Below are positions 1 to 11,848 of a stretch of 64,000 bases of DNA, piece after piece. Both the position numbers and the translations under genes were made by a program. The stretch spans positions 68,138,001 to 68,202,000 of the forward strand of contig CM126223.1 of assembly GCA_052327205.1 (NCBI GenBank). The letters are read 5' to 3'. Numbering within the stretch: position 1 is the stretch's first letter; each line of letters opens with the position of its first letter. The notes beneath the pieces were generated by a model. That model saw nothing but the letters and a program-made list of their open reading frames with translations, did no database searches and was not told the DNA's origin. The DNA is from Somniosus microcephalus. Its lineage: Eukaryota.

Positions 1-75
1 CTGAGGGCAACTAGAGATGGTCAATAAATGTGACCCTGCCAGCGCTGCCCACATCCCAAGAACAATTAATTTTTT
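1..75 (+). mobile_element. 3' end of CR1-group (Crack/Daphne-like) LINE
   Basis: Matches the 3' terminus of the copy at 2945-3020 (gggcaactagagatggtcaataaatg...gcccacatccc). Confidence 0.75.
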
Positions 76-200
76 TTAATCTGTTACATTAATACTATTT
101 TAGTTGCACATGTGGTACTTCAGCAGTTCTTTATCTCCAGTTGTTTGTGTTTCGCGAGTCAGGCTTGTGCCGACTTTTGCTCTGTTTCATATCGGGGGCC

Positions 201-930
201 AATAATAATAATAATCAACTTTATTGTCATTGTTAGTGCACAAGTGCAGTACAACGAAATGTAGGCTTGCGGCTCCCGAGAGTGTATATTTAGATTAAGA
301 CATTTAACATTCGACATTCGTTTGGCTTGTAATACATAAACATAACCATAATAAAGTGCATTGGCAGATGTGCAGGCTTTAGAGTTTATTTGTAGAGTTC
401 AGTAGGATGACAGCCCTGGGAAAGAAGCTGTTCCTAAATCTGGTCGTTCGGGTGCGAATGCATCTGTAGCGTCTCCCAGATGGCAGGAGGGCGAACAAAC
501 TGTGGCTGGGGTGGGTAGGGTCTTTGATGATGGTCAGTGACCTCCGTAAACAGCGTTTCTGATAGATGTTCTCTATGGTCGGTAGCCGGGTGCCGGTAAT
601 GCATTGGGCAGTTTTGACTACCCGCTGCAGGGCTTTCCGATCATAGGAGCTACAGCTGCCATACCACACTGTGATACAGTTTGTCAGGATGCTCTCTATT
701 GTGCAGCGGTAAAAGTTAGAGAGGATCAGGGGTGACTGGTTACATCCCTTCAGCCTCCTTAGGAAATATAGGCGCTGCTGGGCCTTCTTCACCAAAGAGG
801 AGGTATTGAGGGACCAGGAGAGGTCTTCCGTGATGTGGACTCCGAGGAACTTAAAGCTGTCCACCCTTTCCACCACAGCCCCATGGATGTGGATGGGGGT
901 GTGACTTCCGCCTTTAGACTTCCTGAAATG
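201..930 (-). mobile_element. 5'-truncated Rex1/Babar-type LINE (ORF2 C-terminal region, 3' UTR, (ATT)n tail)
   Basis: ORF 379..954 has KFLGVHITEDLSW, KKAQQRLYFLRRL, FYRCTIESILT and RTTRFRNSFFPRA, typical of the Rex1 ORF2 C-terminus. An (AAT)n tract at 201-215 is the tail. Confidence 0.85.
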
Positions 931-1264
931 GTGTACACTGACTGAAAAGGTCACATTCCATTTTTATTACGTGAGATTCCAGGATTTTCATTGGTATTTT
1001 GGGGATCCCATTCTGTGATTTTTTTTTCCCCCCCATGGAATACCACAAGCCGGTGCTTTGCCTATTCCTGACAATCGGGGCCTGGAGTGACGCCTGATGG
1101 TCAAATTCTGCACTTCTTGCACAAGATGCTGGGATTTTTTTTTAATCAGTGTTTTGGGGATTGCATTTTATGATTCTGTCCATTTTTGCCTGAAAACCCA
1201 AAACTGCTTCCTCTCGGGTCCCAGTCTGATTCTATTCAGACTTTCATCATCTCTTGGTATAATT

Positions 1265-1714
1265 AAAGAACGAAAGACTTGCATTTATATAGCACCTTTC
1301 ACGTCCCAAAGCACTTTACAGCCAATGAAGTACTTTTTGAAGTGGAGTCACTGTTGTAATGTAGGAAACGCGGCAGCCAATTTGCGCACAGCAAGCTCCC
1401 ACAAACAGCAATGTGATAATGACCAGATAATCTGTTTTAGTGATGTTGATTGAGGGATAAATATTGGCCAGGGCACCGGGGATAACTCCCCTGCTCTTTG
1501 AAATAATGCCCTGGGGTTTTTTACATCCACCTGAGAGGGCAGACGGGGCTTCGGTTTAACGTCTCATCCAAAAGACGTCACCGCTGACAGTGTAGCTCTC
1601 CCTAAGTACTGCACTGGAGTGCCAGCCTAGATTTTTTGTCTCGGGAGTGGGACTTGAACCCACAATCTTCTGACCCAGAGGCGAGGGTGCTGCCCACTGA
1701 CCCACAGCTGACAC
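1265..1714 (-). mobile_element. tRNA-headed Deu-domain SINE (SacSINE1-like), full length
   Basis: Minus strand has A/B boxes (tgggtcagtggg...ggttcaagtcc), the Deu-like core gggagcttgctgtgcgcaaattggctgccgcgtttcc, and an L2-like tail ending ataaatgcaagtctttc. Confidence 0.85.
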
Positions 1715-1789
1715 GAAGGCCACTGACCTTGAATCATTCAACTTTACAGTGCAGCTGGAGTCCATTCAGCCAACAGAGCTGAACTCCAG

Positions 1790-3021
1790 AGGTGGACAAA
1801 AGAGCTGAATTCCAGAGGTGAGGGGAGAGTGACTGCTCTTGACATCAAGGCAGCATTTGGCCAAGTGTGGCATCAAGGAGCCCTAGTAAAACTGAAGTCA
1901 ATGGGAATCGGGGGGGAGGGGGAACTCTCCACTGGCTGGAGTCATACCTAGCACAAAGGAAGATGGTTGTGGTGGTTGGAGGACAATCATCCACAGCCCC
2001 AGGACATCGCTGCAGGAGTTTCTCAGGTCAGTGTCCTAGACCCAACCATCTTCAGCTGCTTCATCAATGACCTTCCCTCCATCATAAGTTCAGAAGTGGG
2101 GATGTTCGCTGATGACTGCACAGTGTTCAGTGCCATTCACAACTCCTCAGTTAATGAAGCAGTCCATGCCCACATGCAGCAAGACCTGGACAACATTCAG
2201 GCTTGGGCTGATAAGTAACAGGTAACATTCGTGCCACACAAGTGCCAGGCAATGACTATCTCCAAAAAGCGAGCGTCTAACCACTGCCCCTTGACATTCA
2301 ATGGTATTACCATCGCTGAATCCCCCACCATTAATATCCTGGGGGGGGGGGGGCGGTCGCCATTGACCAGAAACTTAACTGGACCAGCCACATAAATACC
2401 GTGGCAACAAGAGCAGGTCAGAGGCTGGGTATTCTGTGGCGAGTGTCTCGCCTCCTGACTCCCTAAAGCCTTTCCACCATCTACAAGGCACAAGTCAGGA
2501 GTGCGATGGAATACTCCCCACTTGCCTGGATGAGTGCAGCTCCAATAACACTCAAGAAGCTCGACACCATCCAAGAAAAAGCAGCCCGCTTGATTGGCAC
2601 CCTATCCACCACCTTAAACATTCACTCCCTCCACCACCGGCGCGTCGTGACTGCAGTGTGTACCATCTACAAGATGCACTGCAGCAACTTGTCAAGGCTT
2701 CTTCGGCAGCATCTCCCAAACCCGCGACCTCTACCACCTAGAAGGACAAGGGCAGCAGGCGCATGGGAACACCACCACCTCCAAGTTCCCCTCCAAGTCA
2801 CACACCATCCTGACTTAGAAATATATCACCGATCCTTCATCGTCGCTGGGTCAAAATCCTGGAACTCCCTACCCAACAGCACTGTGGGAGTACCTTCACC
2901 ACACGGACTGCAACGGTTCAAGAAGGTGGCTCACAACCACCTTCTCGAGGGCAACTTGGGATGGGCAATAAATGCTGGCCTTGCCAGCGACGCCCACATC
3001 GCATGAACGAATAAAAAAAAA
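1790..3021 (+). mobile_element. 5'-truncated CR1-group (Crack/Daphne-like) LINE, frameshifted RT and C-terminus, polyA tail
   Basis: ORFs 1967..2218 (FINDLP...MFADD) and 2506..3006 (KSWNSLP). aataaa and an A-tail at ~3010-3021. Inserted into an older CR1 3' UTR whose halves lie at ~1730-1770 and 3022 onward. Confidence 0.85.
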
Positions 3022-3395
3022 GCCTGTACCACCTCTCTGAAAGAGCTAGCCAATTAGTCCCCTCTGCCCTTTCCCCATATCCTTTTTTTTTCTTTTTCAA
3101 ATATTTATCCATTTGCTTTTTAAAAGCTATTATGGATTCTGCTTCCACCATTGTTTCAGGTAGGGTATTGCATGTCCTAACAACCCACTGTGTAAACAAC
3201 AACAAAATTGCCAAATCTCTCCTTTCTTTTGGTGGTGATGATCAATTTATCCCCTCTAGATACAGTTTCAGCAACCAGTGGAAAGAGTTTTTTCCCAATT
3301 TCCCTGATCAAAATCCCTCATAATTTTCAACACCTTTTATCAGATGATCTTTAAACCTTCCTTGTTCTAATGAAAATAGCACCAGTCTCTCCTTG
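3022..3395 (-). mobile_element. Degenerate CR1 (HER1-type) 3' fragment
   Basis: ORF 2918..3214 has TQWVVRTCNTLPETMVEAESIIAFKKQMDKYL, a decayed CR1 ORF2 end. Confidence 0.75.
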
Positions 3396-3939
3396 CTAAA
3401 CATTGGCTTTCTCCATTAAATCCTGTCAAAAGAATTAACGAAGCCCGACAAAAAGGTTAAATTTTCAAGTTCTGGGCATGACTTCAATTATTGGCTGAAT
3501 CATTAACAGAAAATAATGTGGTAAGGGTTGACACGAGATTGCAATGTGACGGAATGTCCCGAAGAGGATGTTGCTTTATGTTATACTCCAATTAAGCAGA
3601 AAATCCTTTAACAGTTCGATCAGTCTACGGCAGCATTGTTGCGATTTAGTTTTTTTTTGGCAAACAGGCGACACGCGTGTAAATACTCGGCACTCTTCAG
3701 AACAGATAAACCCAAGTCAAAGAGAGATAATCCCAAAATGTTGAATTTTAAAATGGAACAACGCTTACCATGTCGTATAAATAGCCTGATTGTCTCCGGT
3801 TGTTCGGTTCTCTGCGGTCCTTCAAATCATCTTCAAAGGTTTCCAGTTGGGTTTAGTGCAGCAAGTTTCTTCAAGGCTAGTATTGCTGTACAGAGGCATT
3901 TTACAGCAGACTAAATTGTGAGAACTTAGATTTTTCTCT

Positions 3940-4315
3940 TGTTATCAATTCTCTCCCTTCCTTTCCTGAAGCCATCAACTCATGGTTAACTACACTTCCA
4001 AGGGTGCTGGAGAACCTCCAGAATCTCGCCCAAAGATCGTTTACCCATGAGCCTTGACGGTGAGTGTCCGCAGGCTATTTGACCACTGGAGGATTCACAG
4101 CTGCTCTCATTCACTCAGGTGTACTTCCAGCAAAGGTCACTGCATAATGATCAGAAGTGACAACCCTGATTCATTTTCCCCTCCCTGTTGTAGCGCCCCC
4201 TACTACCACCCTGGCTCAGGGTGAACGAACTCAGCAAAAAATCATGTATTAAAGCTGAGACCTCCTGGTCTGTGAAGTGAAGCTACTCTCAGGATGAACT
4301 CGCTGAGCCTTCAGA
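3940..4315 (-). mobile_element. Old SINE-like repeat, second family (related copies at ~46935-47720 and 56335-56730)
   Basis: Shared blocks across copies (gagtgtc(c/g)gcag(g/a)ctatt; ctcc...cctgaag) and a tggctcagtg-like head in the 56.3 kb copy. Confidence 0.55.
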
Positions 4316-4807
4316 GCAACTTTGCTCAGTCGTGCTGACGTGTCATAGCAAGTTTACATGCAAGAAACTCAACATCTGCTGCTGCACCATGATCTTTTCA
4401 ATTTGTAGTCCCAGATATTTTGACGAAAGTCACCAATATATAAATGGACAAATAGTTTCACAAGATAAGCTGCTCCTTTAAGCTATTGATAAGGGAACAG
4501 AGATACCCACCCTTGGATGAGACGGCTAGGGACCCAGACCGAGTTTAAAAGAGCAATGATTCAAGAGTATCGATCTCGTGCAAGCAGTGGAGACAGTTTC
4601 CATGCATGTTGCTGAGATGATGGATAAGTAGGAAGACTCCACTACACCATTCATCAATATCGCACTCCCACTGGATGGCCGTGCTCAAAGCTCGCACAGG
4701 TCCAAGAATTGGGGCTACAATGTTGTAGGCCAATTTCTGATCTTTTTTCGGTCACAGCTCCCTCACCGTGGGCGTGGAATCAGTGAATTTACCCCCAACG
4801 TGTCAGG

Positions 4808-5009
4808 TGTTGTGTCTGTACCTTTCTACCTAGACACAATTAGGGCTCAGAACCCAGAGATTCAAACATGAGGCTACTTTATTCAAAAAGGAAGGTTCTG
4901 GAAAGTACAGAACAAAGAGAACAAAAACTCAACCAAGAGAACAAACCCAACCATTTATCTGCTGTGACAGCACCACCGCAGGTGGGAGGAGAACACATAA
5001 TACATAACA
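4808..5009 (-). mobile_element. Solo LTR (202 bp)
   Basis: TGTTG...TAACA termini. Exact 5-bp direct repeat TCAGG at 4803-4807 and 5010-5014. AATAAA on the minus strand near 4880. Confidence 0.8.
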
Positions 5010-5250
5010 TCAGGAGCTCACAGAGTATCACAGTTATCGAATGAAAAGACCTGACGTCATTTTATGCACATTACTGCAACACATGTGCGTTCTTGGGTCG
5101 GGTCCACTTGCTGCATGAATATCATGTCCATTGGTGCATCGCCTGTTTATATTCTTGTTGCTGACTGTTTTAAGGAGCACTGCTTTATGATAAATGGTTT
5201 ACCAAATGCTTTTTCCATTTTTTTTTGGTTGCAAATAGTTTGAAGATATT

Positions 5251-5958
5251 GGCCTAGAAATTGGGTTGGGGCGCCAAAGTGGCGCAAAAGTCACCTGAGC
5301 GCAGGATTTAGCGCAGCGATCGGAGTGATACCGATCGCCAGAAATTCAGTTTCAGTGCCCCTCGAGGGACACGGGGTGAGGCTCGAGGCGCTCCACGTCC
5401 CTCTTAGGGCGCTGAAACTGATTATCGCAGCGCAACGTGCCGCAGCGCCACACGCTGCGGCATGTCACGCTGCGGTACTGCAGGCCTTCCTCCCACTGTT
5501 AAGGGGGAGGTGCCTGCAACAGCGCGATCCCCGCTCGCGAGTGCCGGCAAATGAGCCCGGCACCAAGGAGAAGTGCCGGGCTCTCGGGAAACAACCGGCA
5601 ATGCCGCGGGGGGGGGTTAGGAGGCCGGGGACGGAGGTGCTGGCAGGCAGCCGCCGAAAAAGCGGCCGCCCCGCACCTCCACCTTAACTTGCGCCGCTGC
5701 CGGCACAGTAAGGCCCCGTGAACCGGGCGCGGGTAGCGAGCGGCGCAACTGCGGCGTTCGCTACCAAATATCGTGAACGGGGCACGAATGGGGCGCTGCG
5801 CACACCGATGACGTCATTGGTGGCGGCACAGCGCAAATGCCTAACGCCACCATTAGCGCCCCTACTGAATATCGTGGGAGACGCAGCCAGTGGCGCTACA
5901 GCCACTGAATGCCTCTTTAGGCGCTAACAGGTGGTGTTACTCACCCAATTTCGCCCCC
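5251..5958. mobile_element. Harbinger-type MITE (CpG-rich)
   Basis: TIRs GGCCTAGAAATTGGGT / GGGGGCGAAATTGGGT, 3-bp TSD ATT. Internal blocks shared with 45554-46308. Confidence 0.8.
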
Positions 5959-7495
5959 ATTGTTTCAAAAATGACCAAAACAATGCTGAACCATTGGTGG
6001 CATCCATGTGAGCTTGAAAGCCCTCTCAATTTCATTAGTAGGAATGGGTTAGATCCTATCAACAGTCAGCTAGTGTGTCTAATAGCCTGTTCTCAGTCAC
6101 CAAGAGGGCTTCTCTTCTTGCCCTTACTTTTGCGAGTAGGAAATCAATTGATAAATCAGAACATTTGGGAGCCATTGCTGCAGTTGACACCCCCCTACAC
6201 TGCTCCTGCCTAACTCATCCTTGCACGGCTCGCTGTCAAAATAACTTGTACCCCTTTAAGCAGCTGCAACAGTTAAACACTGCAGCACTAATGAATCCCT
6301 CCCACACGATGATAACCAATGAGCAATGGTTTTATCACTATAAACCCACCCCACACGCATAATGAGAGCCATCTCAGGAAACTTCAGCGGGTTCATGCCG
6401 CTGTCACTTGGGTGGGTGGAAATCTCGCTCTGCTGCTAACTGCCACTCAAAGAAAGAACCAGCCCATCGGGTCCAATGGCCAAGTTGGATAATGTAACAA
6501 TATGCCAAGCTGTAATTGATTTCTATATTTAATCACCACTTTGAGTTATTAATTTTTATTTGCGTCACAGGTTGAGTTAGCTTTTTGTATCAGAAATTGA
6601 TGTGACTTTAACGGAATCGTTCATTTCAAGCCAATTGAGTTGCGCCAAAAGCAAGGCAAGAGCGGAGTTAACAGGCCTGAATGTGGATGAAGGAGCCGCA
6701 CAACACAGAGCAGCAGATGTTTTGGGAAGTGAGGTAAAGAACAGACCAGGGAAGAAAAAGCAGGTCGAGAGACAGGCCAGGAATAAAAACAAGGCAACGG
6801 AGACACAGCTAGGAAAAAAACTAGATAAACGGGTAGGAAAATAGTGAGATTAAAAGTACTCTTACATTTGGCACTTCAGTAATACGGGTCTTGGGGAGAC
6901 CTGCACTGGCTCCCTATTTTTACATTGCTAAAGCTCACTCCCTTGTGCCAATTGTAGAATTATAGATCTGCAAAACTATGAAGATGGGGAGCTGGCACAT
7001 GGACATCACTCGCCGATGGCCTGAGCTACAGAATTGGGAAATGTAAAACATTTCAGAGAGAGACATCAACTGAGCTGTTGGAGCATGGTGGATGTCTACC
7101 TACATCTCAGCATATTGATCAATGATTTTGGCATGAAGGTTTGCGTCTGTAATTTATCTTTTTGGTTGTTACTGTAGCCCAGACACATATTTATCTATAT
7201 TCTTGACTTGGTTGGTACAATTTCTAGCTGGCTTTCATTTCTGACCTCTACTTGTGATACTCAACAGTGTTTCTATTTGTGGCTGAGGATCATCTGAGAG
7301 TGAAACATGGAGCTGCTAATGTCAACTTTTCATCTTTTAAAAGTAGTGATGATGTTCAAGCAAACCAGCTAAGTGGAACCCGCTGTGCAGCTGAAAAGCT
7401 TGTCTTGTTCGCTTCTAATAGCTGCAGTTCTTCATACAGATGTTTCTAAGCATAAGTGCATAACTAAATAGGGGGAAGCTGATCTGCTTGAAAAC

Positions 7496-7935
7496 AGAAA
7501 AGAAAGACTTGCATTTCTATAGCGACTTCCACGACCTCAGGTCGTCCCAAAGCGCTTTACAGCCAATGAAGTACTTTTGAGGTGTAGTCACTGTTGTAAT
7601 GTAGGAAATGCGGCAGCCAATTTGAGCACAGCAAGCTCCCACAAACAGCAACCTGATAATCTGTTTTAGTGGTGTTGGTTGAGGGATAAATATTGGCCAT
7701 GACACCGGGAATAACTCCCCTGCTCTTCTTCAAAGTAATGCTGTGGGAACTTTTACGTCCACCTGAGAGAGCAGACGGGGCCTCGGTTTAACATCTCATC
7801 CGAAAGACGGCACCTCCGACAGTGCAGCACTCCCTCAGCACTGCACTGGAGTGTCGGCCTAGATTTTGTGCTCAAGTCGGTGGAGTGGGATTTGAACCCA
7901 CAACCATCTGACTCAGAGGCAAGAATGCTATCACT
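7496..7935 (-). mobile_element. SacSINE1-like Deu SINE
   Basis: Co-linear with 1265-1714. Confidence 0.85.
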
Positions 7936-8154
7936 GTATTTACTCCAAGCTCAATTTTCTCCCCCACATAAGACTGCTTCCTTTCCTCTCCACAATACCA
8001 CCTCTCTCCACCACTACCTCTCCTCCTCTGCCACTGAACCCTAATCAACAGTTTTACCATTTGATGGGTTTACTTCTCCGGCACTCTCCATGACAACCTC
8101 CCGGCTTCCACCATCCATAAACTACAAGTCATCCAGAATGTCATGCCCTGTGTC

Positions 8155-10909
8155 TGTTGCGTTTGCAAAGATAATCCAGAAGCCGTATGCAGAGCTCAGT
8201 TCATGTTGCTTTTAATGGCGGATCCAAACACACACTTACAGGCAAAAGCAATCAAATGCCTATATCCAATGTCAGACACAATACAACGATAACAGCACTA
8301 TCAAACTCCATGTGCTCAGGCCAAGGCAATCGAGTACCTATCACCAATGTCAGACATAACATTTCCTCCCCCCTCACAGAATTTCAAACATGAAATGTAG
8401 TGACAAAGTCCTGTAGGTGGCCAGGGCGAGAACGTGTACGGAGAGGCCGAGGTGCGGACTGGTGAAGAGCAGGCCGAAGTGGGGACTGGTGAGGAGCAGG
8501 CTGAGGCACAATATCTGCTTGGGGGTTGGCTGGCTGAGCCACATGTGCATCCCGCCACTCTGGGGGTAAGGCTTGGGGATTAGGTCCATATAATCCCGCA
8601 TCAGGGGGTGCTGGCACCTTCCGAAGGCGGCTGGCATGCCACCGAGAGCCGTCAGTAAGGCAGAAAGTGGCTGGTCCAAGTTGGCGGCTGATTTGGAGAG
8701 GGGAGGACCAGAATGAGGCCATCTTATTGTTGCGGTCAGGCCTGCGGACTCTGACCCAATCGGAGACTGAGATGTTGGGCGCCTTGGCCCTCTTCGACTG
8801 GTCGAAGCGGAGTTTCATCTTCTCCTGCTGTCTAGCGACTGTGGCTTGAGCCCGTGGAGCAGGGCTCTGAGCTAGCAAGGGGCGGAGCCTGCCAAGGAGC
8901 AGCATGAGCTCACGGCCTAGCATGAGGGATGCGGGTGAGACCCCTGTAGTGGAATGCTGGGAGGCTCTGTAGTGCAGCAGTGTGTGGAGGAGGGCCTTGT
9001 CAAACGCACACCCCTGGGATAGGTGTGCTCTGAGGCCATTTTTCAGTGTCTGGTTAAAACGCTCCACCCCCCCATTTGACTCGGGATGTGCGTATGTGAC
9101 GGATGCCCTTGCTCTCAAGGTAAGAGGAGAGTTCCGAAGAGACCATTTGGGGGCCATTGTCTGTGGTGATGGCCTTTGGATGCCCCCACCGGGAGAAGAG
9201 GGACTCAAGGATATCGATGATGACCCGAGAGGTGACGGAGCCCACGGCATTGACCTCTGGCCATTTTGAGTGCAGGTCATAGGTCACCACTATGAACCGT
9301 TGATGGTGGGGGACACCATGGATCTCCCCGCAGACGTCCAGCTGCAGGTGCTCCCAGGGCTGAGAGGGCCAGGCAAGGGGTTGCAGGGGTGGAGGAGCTT
9401 GGTGGCCAGTCTTGCCACTTACAAGGCAGGCTGCACAGTCCTTGACCAGGGCCTCAATTTCCCTGTCGATACCCAGCCACCACACTAGGTCTCGGCATCG
9501 TTGTTTAAGCTTCACTATGCCCAAGTGGCCCTTGTGCGCCATGGATAAAACGCGCGCGAAGGGCACTTGGGACCACAGTGCAGAGCACACGTGCAACACA
9601 GGAGTCATTCCAGCAGGAGAGCTCCTCTTTAACTCTGGAGTAGGCAGACAGTTCCTCAGGCACCTTGCGAGGCCAGCCATCTCTGATGAAGGTGCACAGC
9701 TGGGAGAGGGCCGGATCCTGTTCAGAGGCCTCTTTGAGCTCCTGGAGAGAGACTGTGGTTTGGAGGGGTGTGTGCAGCATCTGGACGATATCCTGTTCCA
9801 CATGTTCAGACCCAACGAGTGGGGCTGGGGCAGAGACAGTGCGGGAGAGCAGATCTGCAACAACATTGTCACGTCCTGGTGTGAACTGGAGACTGAAATT
9901 GTATTGGCGGAGGCGGTCAGACCAGCGGTGTAGACGCAGTGGTCTGTGGCCCGTGCCGGATGTCGACAGCAGGGCAGTGAGAGCCTGGTGATCGGTTCGC
10001 AGGGTGAAGGCACGGCCATACGTGTACAGGTGCCACCGCTCACATGCCCAAATGCACGCCAGCGCCTCACGCTCGCCTACTGAGTACTTCTGTTCAGTGG
10101 GGCTAAGGGCTCAGGAGGCAAAGGCGATTGGTTTCTCCACTCCATTCTGTATCTGCGATAACACTGCCCCCACAGCTGCAGTGGACGCGTCGCAGGTGAC
10201 GAGGGTGGGGCTGGCGACGTCAAAGTGAGCCAACACTGGAGGCGACGTGAGCTGCGATTTGAGGAGGCGAACAGCTTCCGTACAGGCTTGTGACCACACC
10301 CAGGGCTCATCCTTTCACAGGAGCTGGCGCAGTGGGGCTGTGGTGGCCACGTATTGATGCACCGACTCGCCAGGGAGTTGGTGACACTGTCTAAAAATGA
10401 ATCGCCGCAGGAGGGCACTTTGTGTGGCAGAGAAGTGTGTGCTTAACAGAGCCACAGCCACATCATATGTTTGAATTGAGTCTGCTGTGCATAATGTCCC
10501 AAGAACACGCTGGCCCTCCGCTCCCAAGCAATGGGATAACAGTGCCTTTTTCCGTGCTGTACTCACATTTTCTAGTCCAAGAGCAATGAGGTAGGTTTCA
10601 AAGGACTGTAACCAGTGAACCCATGGGATCGGGGGCTCACCAGGTAGTGCAAGGAAGGGAGGAGGTGGTGGAAGAGAGATTTCAGCCATCCTTGTCGCCA
10701 AATGTTGCGTTTGCAAAGATAATCCAGAGGCCGTATGCAGAGCTCAGTTCATGTTGCTTTTAATGGCTGATCCAAAAACACTCTCACAGGCAAAAGCAAT
10801 CGAATACCTATATCCAATGTCAGACACAATACAACGATAACAGCACTATCAAACTCCATGTGCTCAGGCCAAGGCAATCGAGTACCTATCACCAATGTCA
10901 GACATAACA
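8155..10909 (-). mobile_element. Internally deleted Gypsy (Mag-like) LTR retrotransposon
   Basis: 207-bp LTRs at 8155-8361 and 10703-10909 (TG..CA), TSD GTGTC. PBS TGGCGACAAGGATGG, complementary to the tRNA-Ser(GCU) 3' end with 1 mismatch. PPT next to 8361. Gag N-terminus, RNase H and integrase remain; protease and RT are absent. Confidence 0.95.
8384..10689 (-). pseudogene. Disrupted gag / RNase H / integrase of the LTR element
   Basis: MAEISLPPPPPF..W..SFETYLIA (gag), VTCDAS..VGAVLSQ (RNase H), HKGHLG..C..C, HLQLDVCG, TTDNGPQ and NGGVERFNQTLK (integrase), spread over several frames. Confidence 0.9.
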
Positions 10910-11745
10910 GTGTCCTTAACTGCACTAAGGCCCACATCCCCATCACCCCTGCTCTCACCCAGCTCCACTGGCTTCTGGTGCCCTAGAGAATTGACTTTTA
11001 ACATTTTTGCCTTCACCTTCAAATCCCTCCATGGCCTGGCTGTTCCCTAGCTCCGTGATCCCCACCATCCCTATGCCCCTGCATGCCCCCTTGACACTGC
11101 CTTACTTCTCATTCTGCATTCCATCATCGCTGGGTGCTCCTTCAGCCACCTTGCCCCCCCCCTTTGGAACTCCCTCCCTCAGTATCTCCACCTTGCCTGC
11201 TTCCTTCCCATCTTCTAAAAGCTCCTTTAGATCCTTCGCTTTAACCGTGCTTCTGCCCCCCTCCTGACCCCCTTCTCTTTCACCCTGTTCGGTGTCCACT
11301 GGCTAGCCACTACCCTGTAAAGTGCCTCTGTATGTAATGAACACTGCGCAAATGCAAGTTGTTGTGTATTTAATATGGATTCTAGGCGTCAACTCCCGGC
11401 TGCTTACGCTGTTCAATCCATTTTCCATAACCCACCAGCAGATTCAGAGACCCAAGTGCAGTAATGGGTCTGCTGCCAGGCTATGGAAAGAGATATAATA
11501 GTGCAAATGCTGGGACTCAGCTCACAGACCTGGGCTGCAAATTAAAAGAACATGTTGTATAAAAGGAGCTAAAAATCCAGAAATGCTTCACCATAATCTA
11601 GAATCTGAATGCAAATATTACATATCCAAAACTCTTCACGGCAAATACAGGACAAATAGGGAAGCTTGTTTTGCTGAAATAAAGCCCTCAAAAAGAATAG
11701 GAATTTGTTAAATGTAAGAGAAAATGCCTTTTTATAGTATTGTAA

Positions 11746-11848
11746 AGGAAGACTTGCATTTATATAGCGCCTTTCACGACCTCAGGATGTACTAAAGTGC
11801 TTTACATCCAATGAAGTACTTTTGAAGTATTGTTGTAATGTAGGAAAT
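11746..11848 (-). mobile_element. SacSINE1-like SINE 3' fragment
   Basis: gacttgcatttatatagcgcctttcacgacctcagg...gttgtaatgtaggaaa. Confidence 0.75.

Larger units (their letters stand above)
8040..11370 (+). mobile_element. Old L2 LINE 3' fragment, interrupted by the LTR element at 8155-10909
   Basis: Joined flanks read like KLQVIQN...HIPITPALTQLHWLLVP*RIDFNI (L2 HITP..LHWLP motif). Tail tgtaaagtgcc...aaatgcaagttgttg near 11317-11365. Confidence 0.7.

Noticed and set aside
1640-1714. tRNA gene-like A/B boxes here and at ~7880-7935, 12700-12776 and 25950-26021
   Set aside because: They are SINE heads joined to the Deu core and tail, not standalone tRNA genes.
5325-5927. GC-rich overlapping ORFs or CpG-island promoter
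   Set aside because: Fully inside a TIR/TSD-bounded MITE. The same applies to 45820-46213 and 41653-42278.
6570-6733. Plus-strand exon candidate (tcacag|...GAG|gtaaag), ORF 6602..6844
   Set aside because: Stops follow the best acceptor, the peptide is not recognisable, and no partner exons were found.
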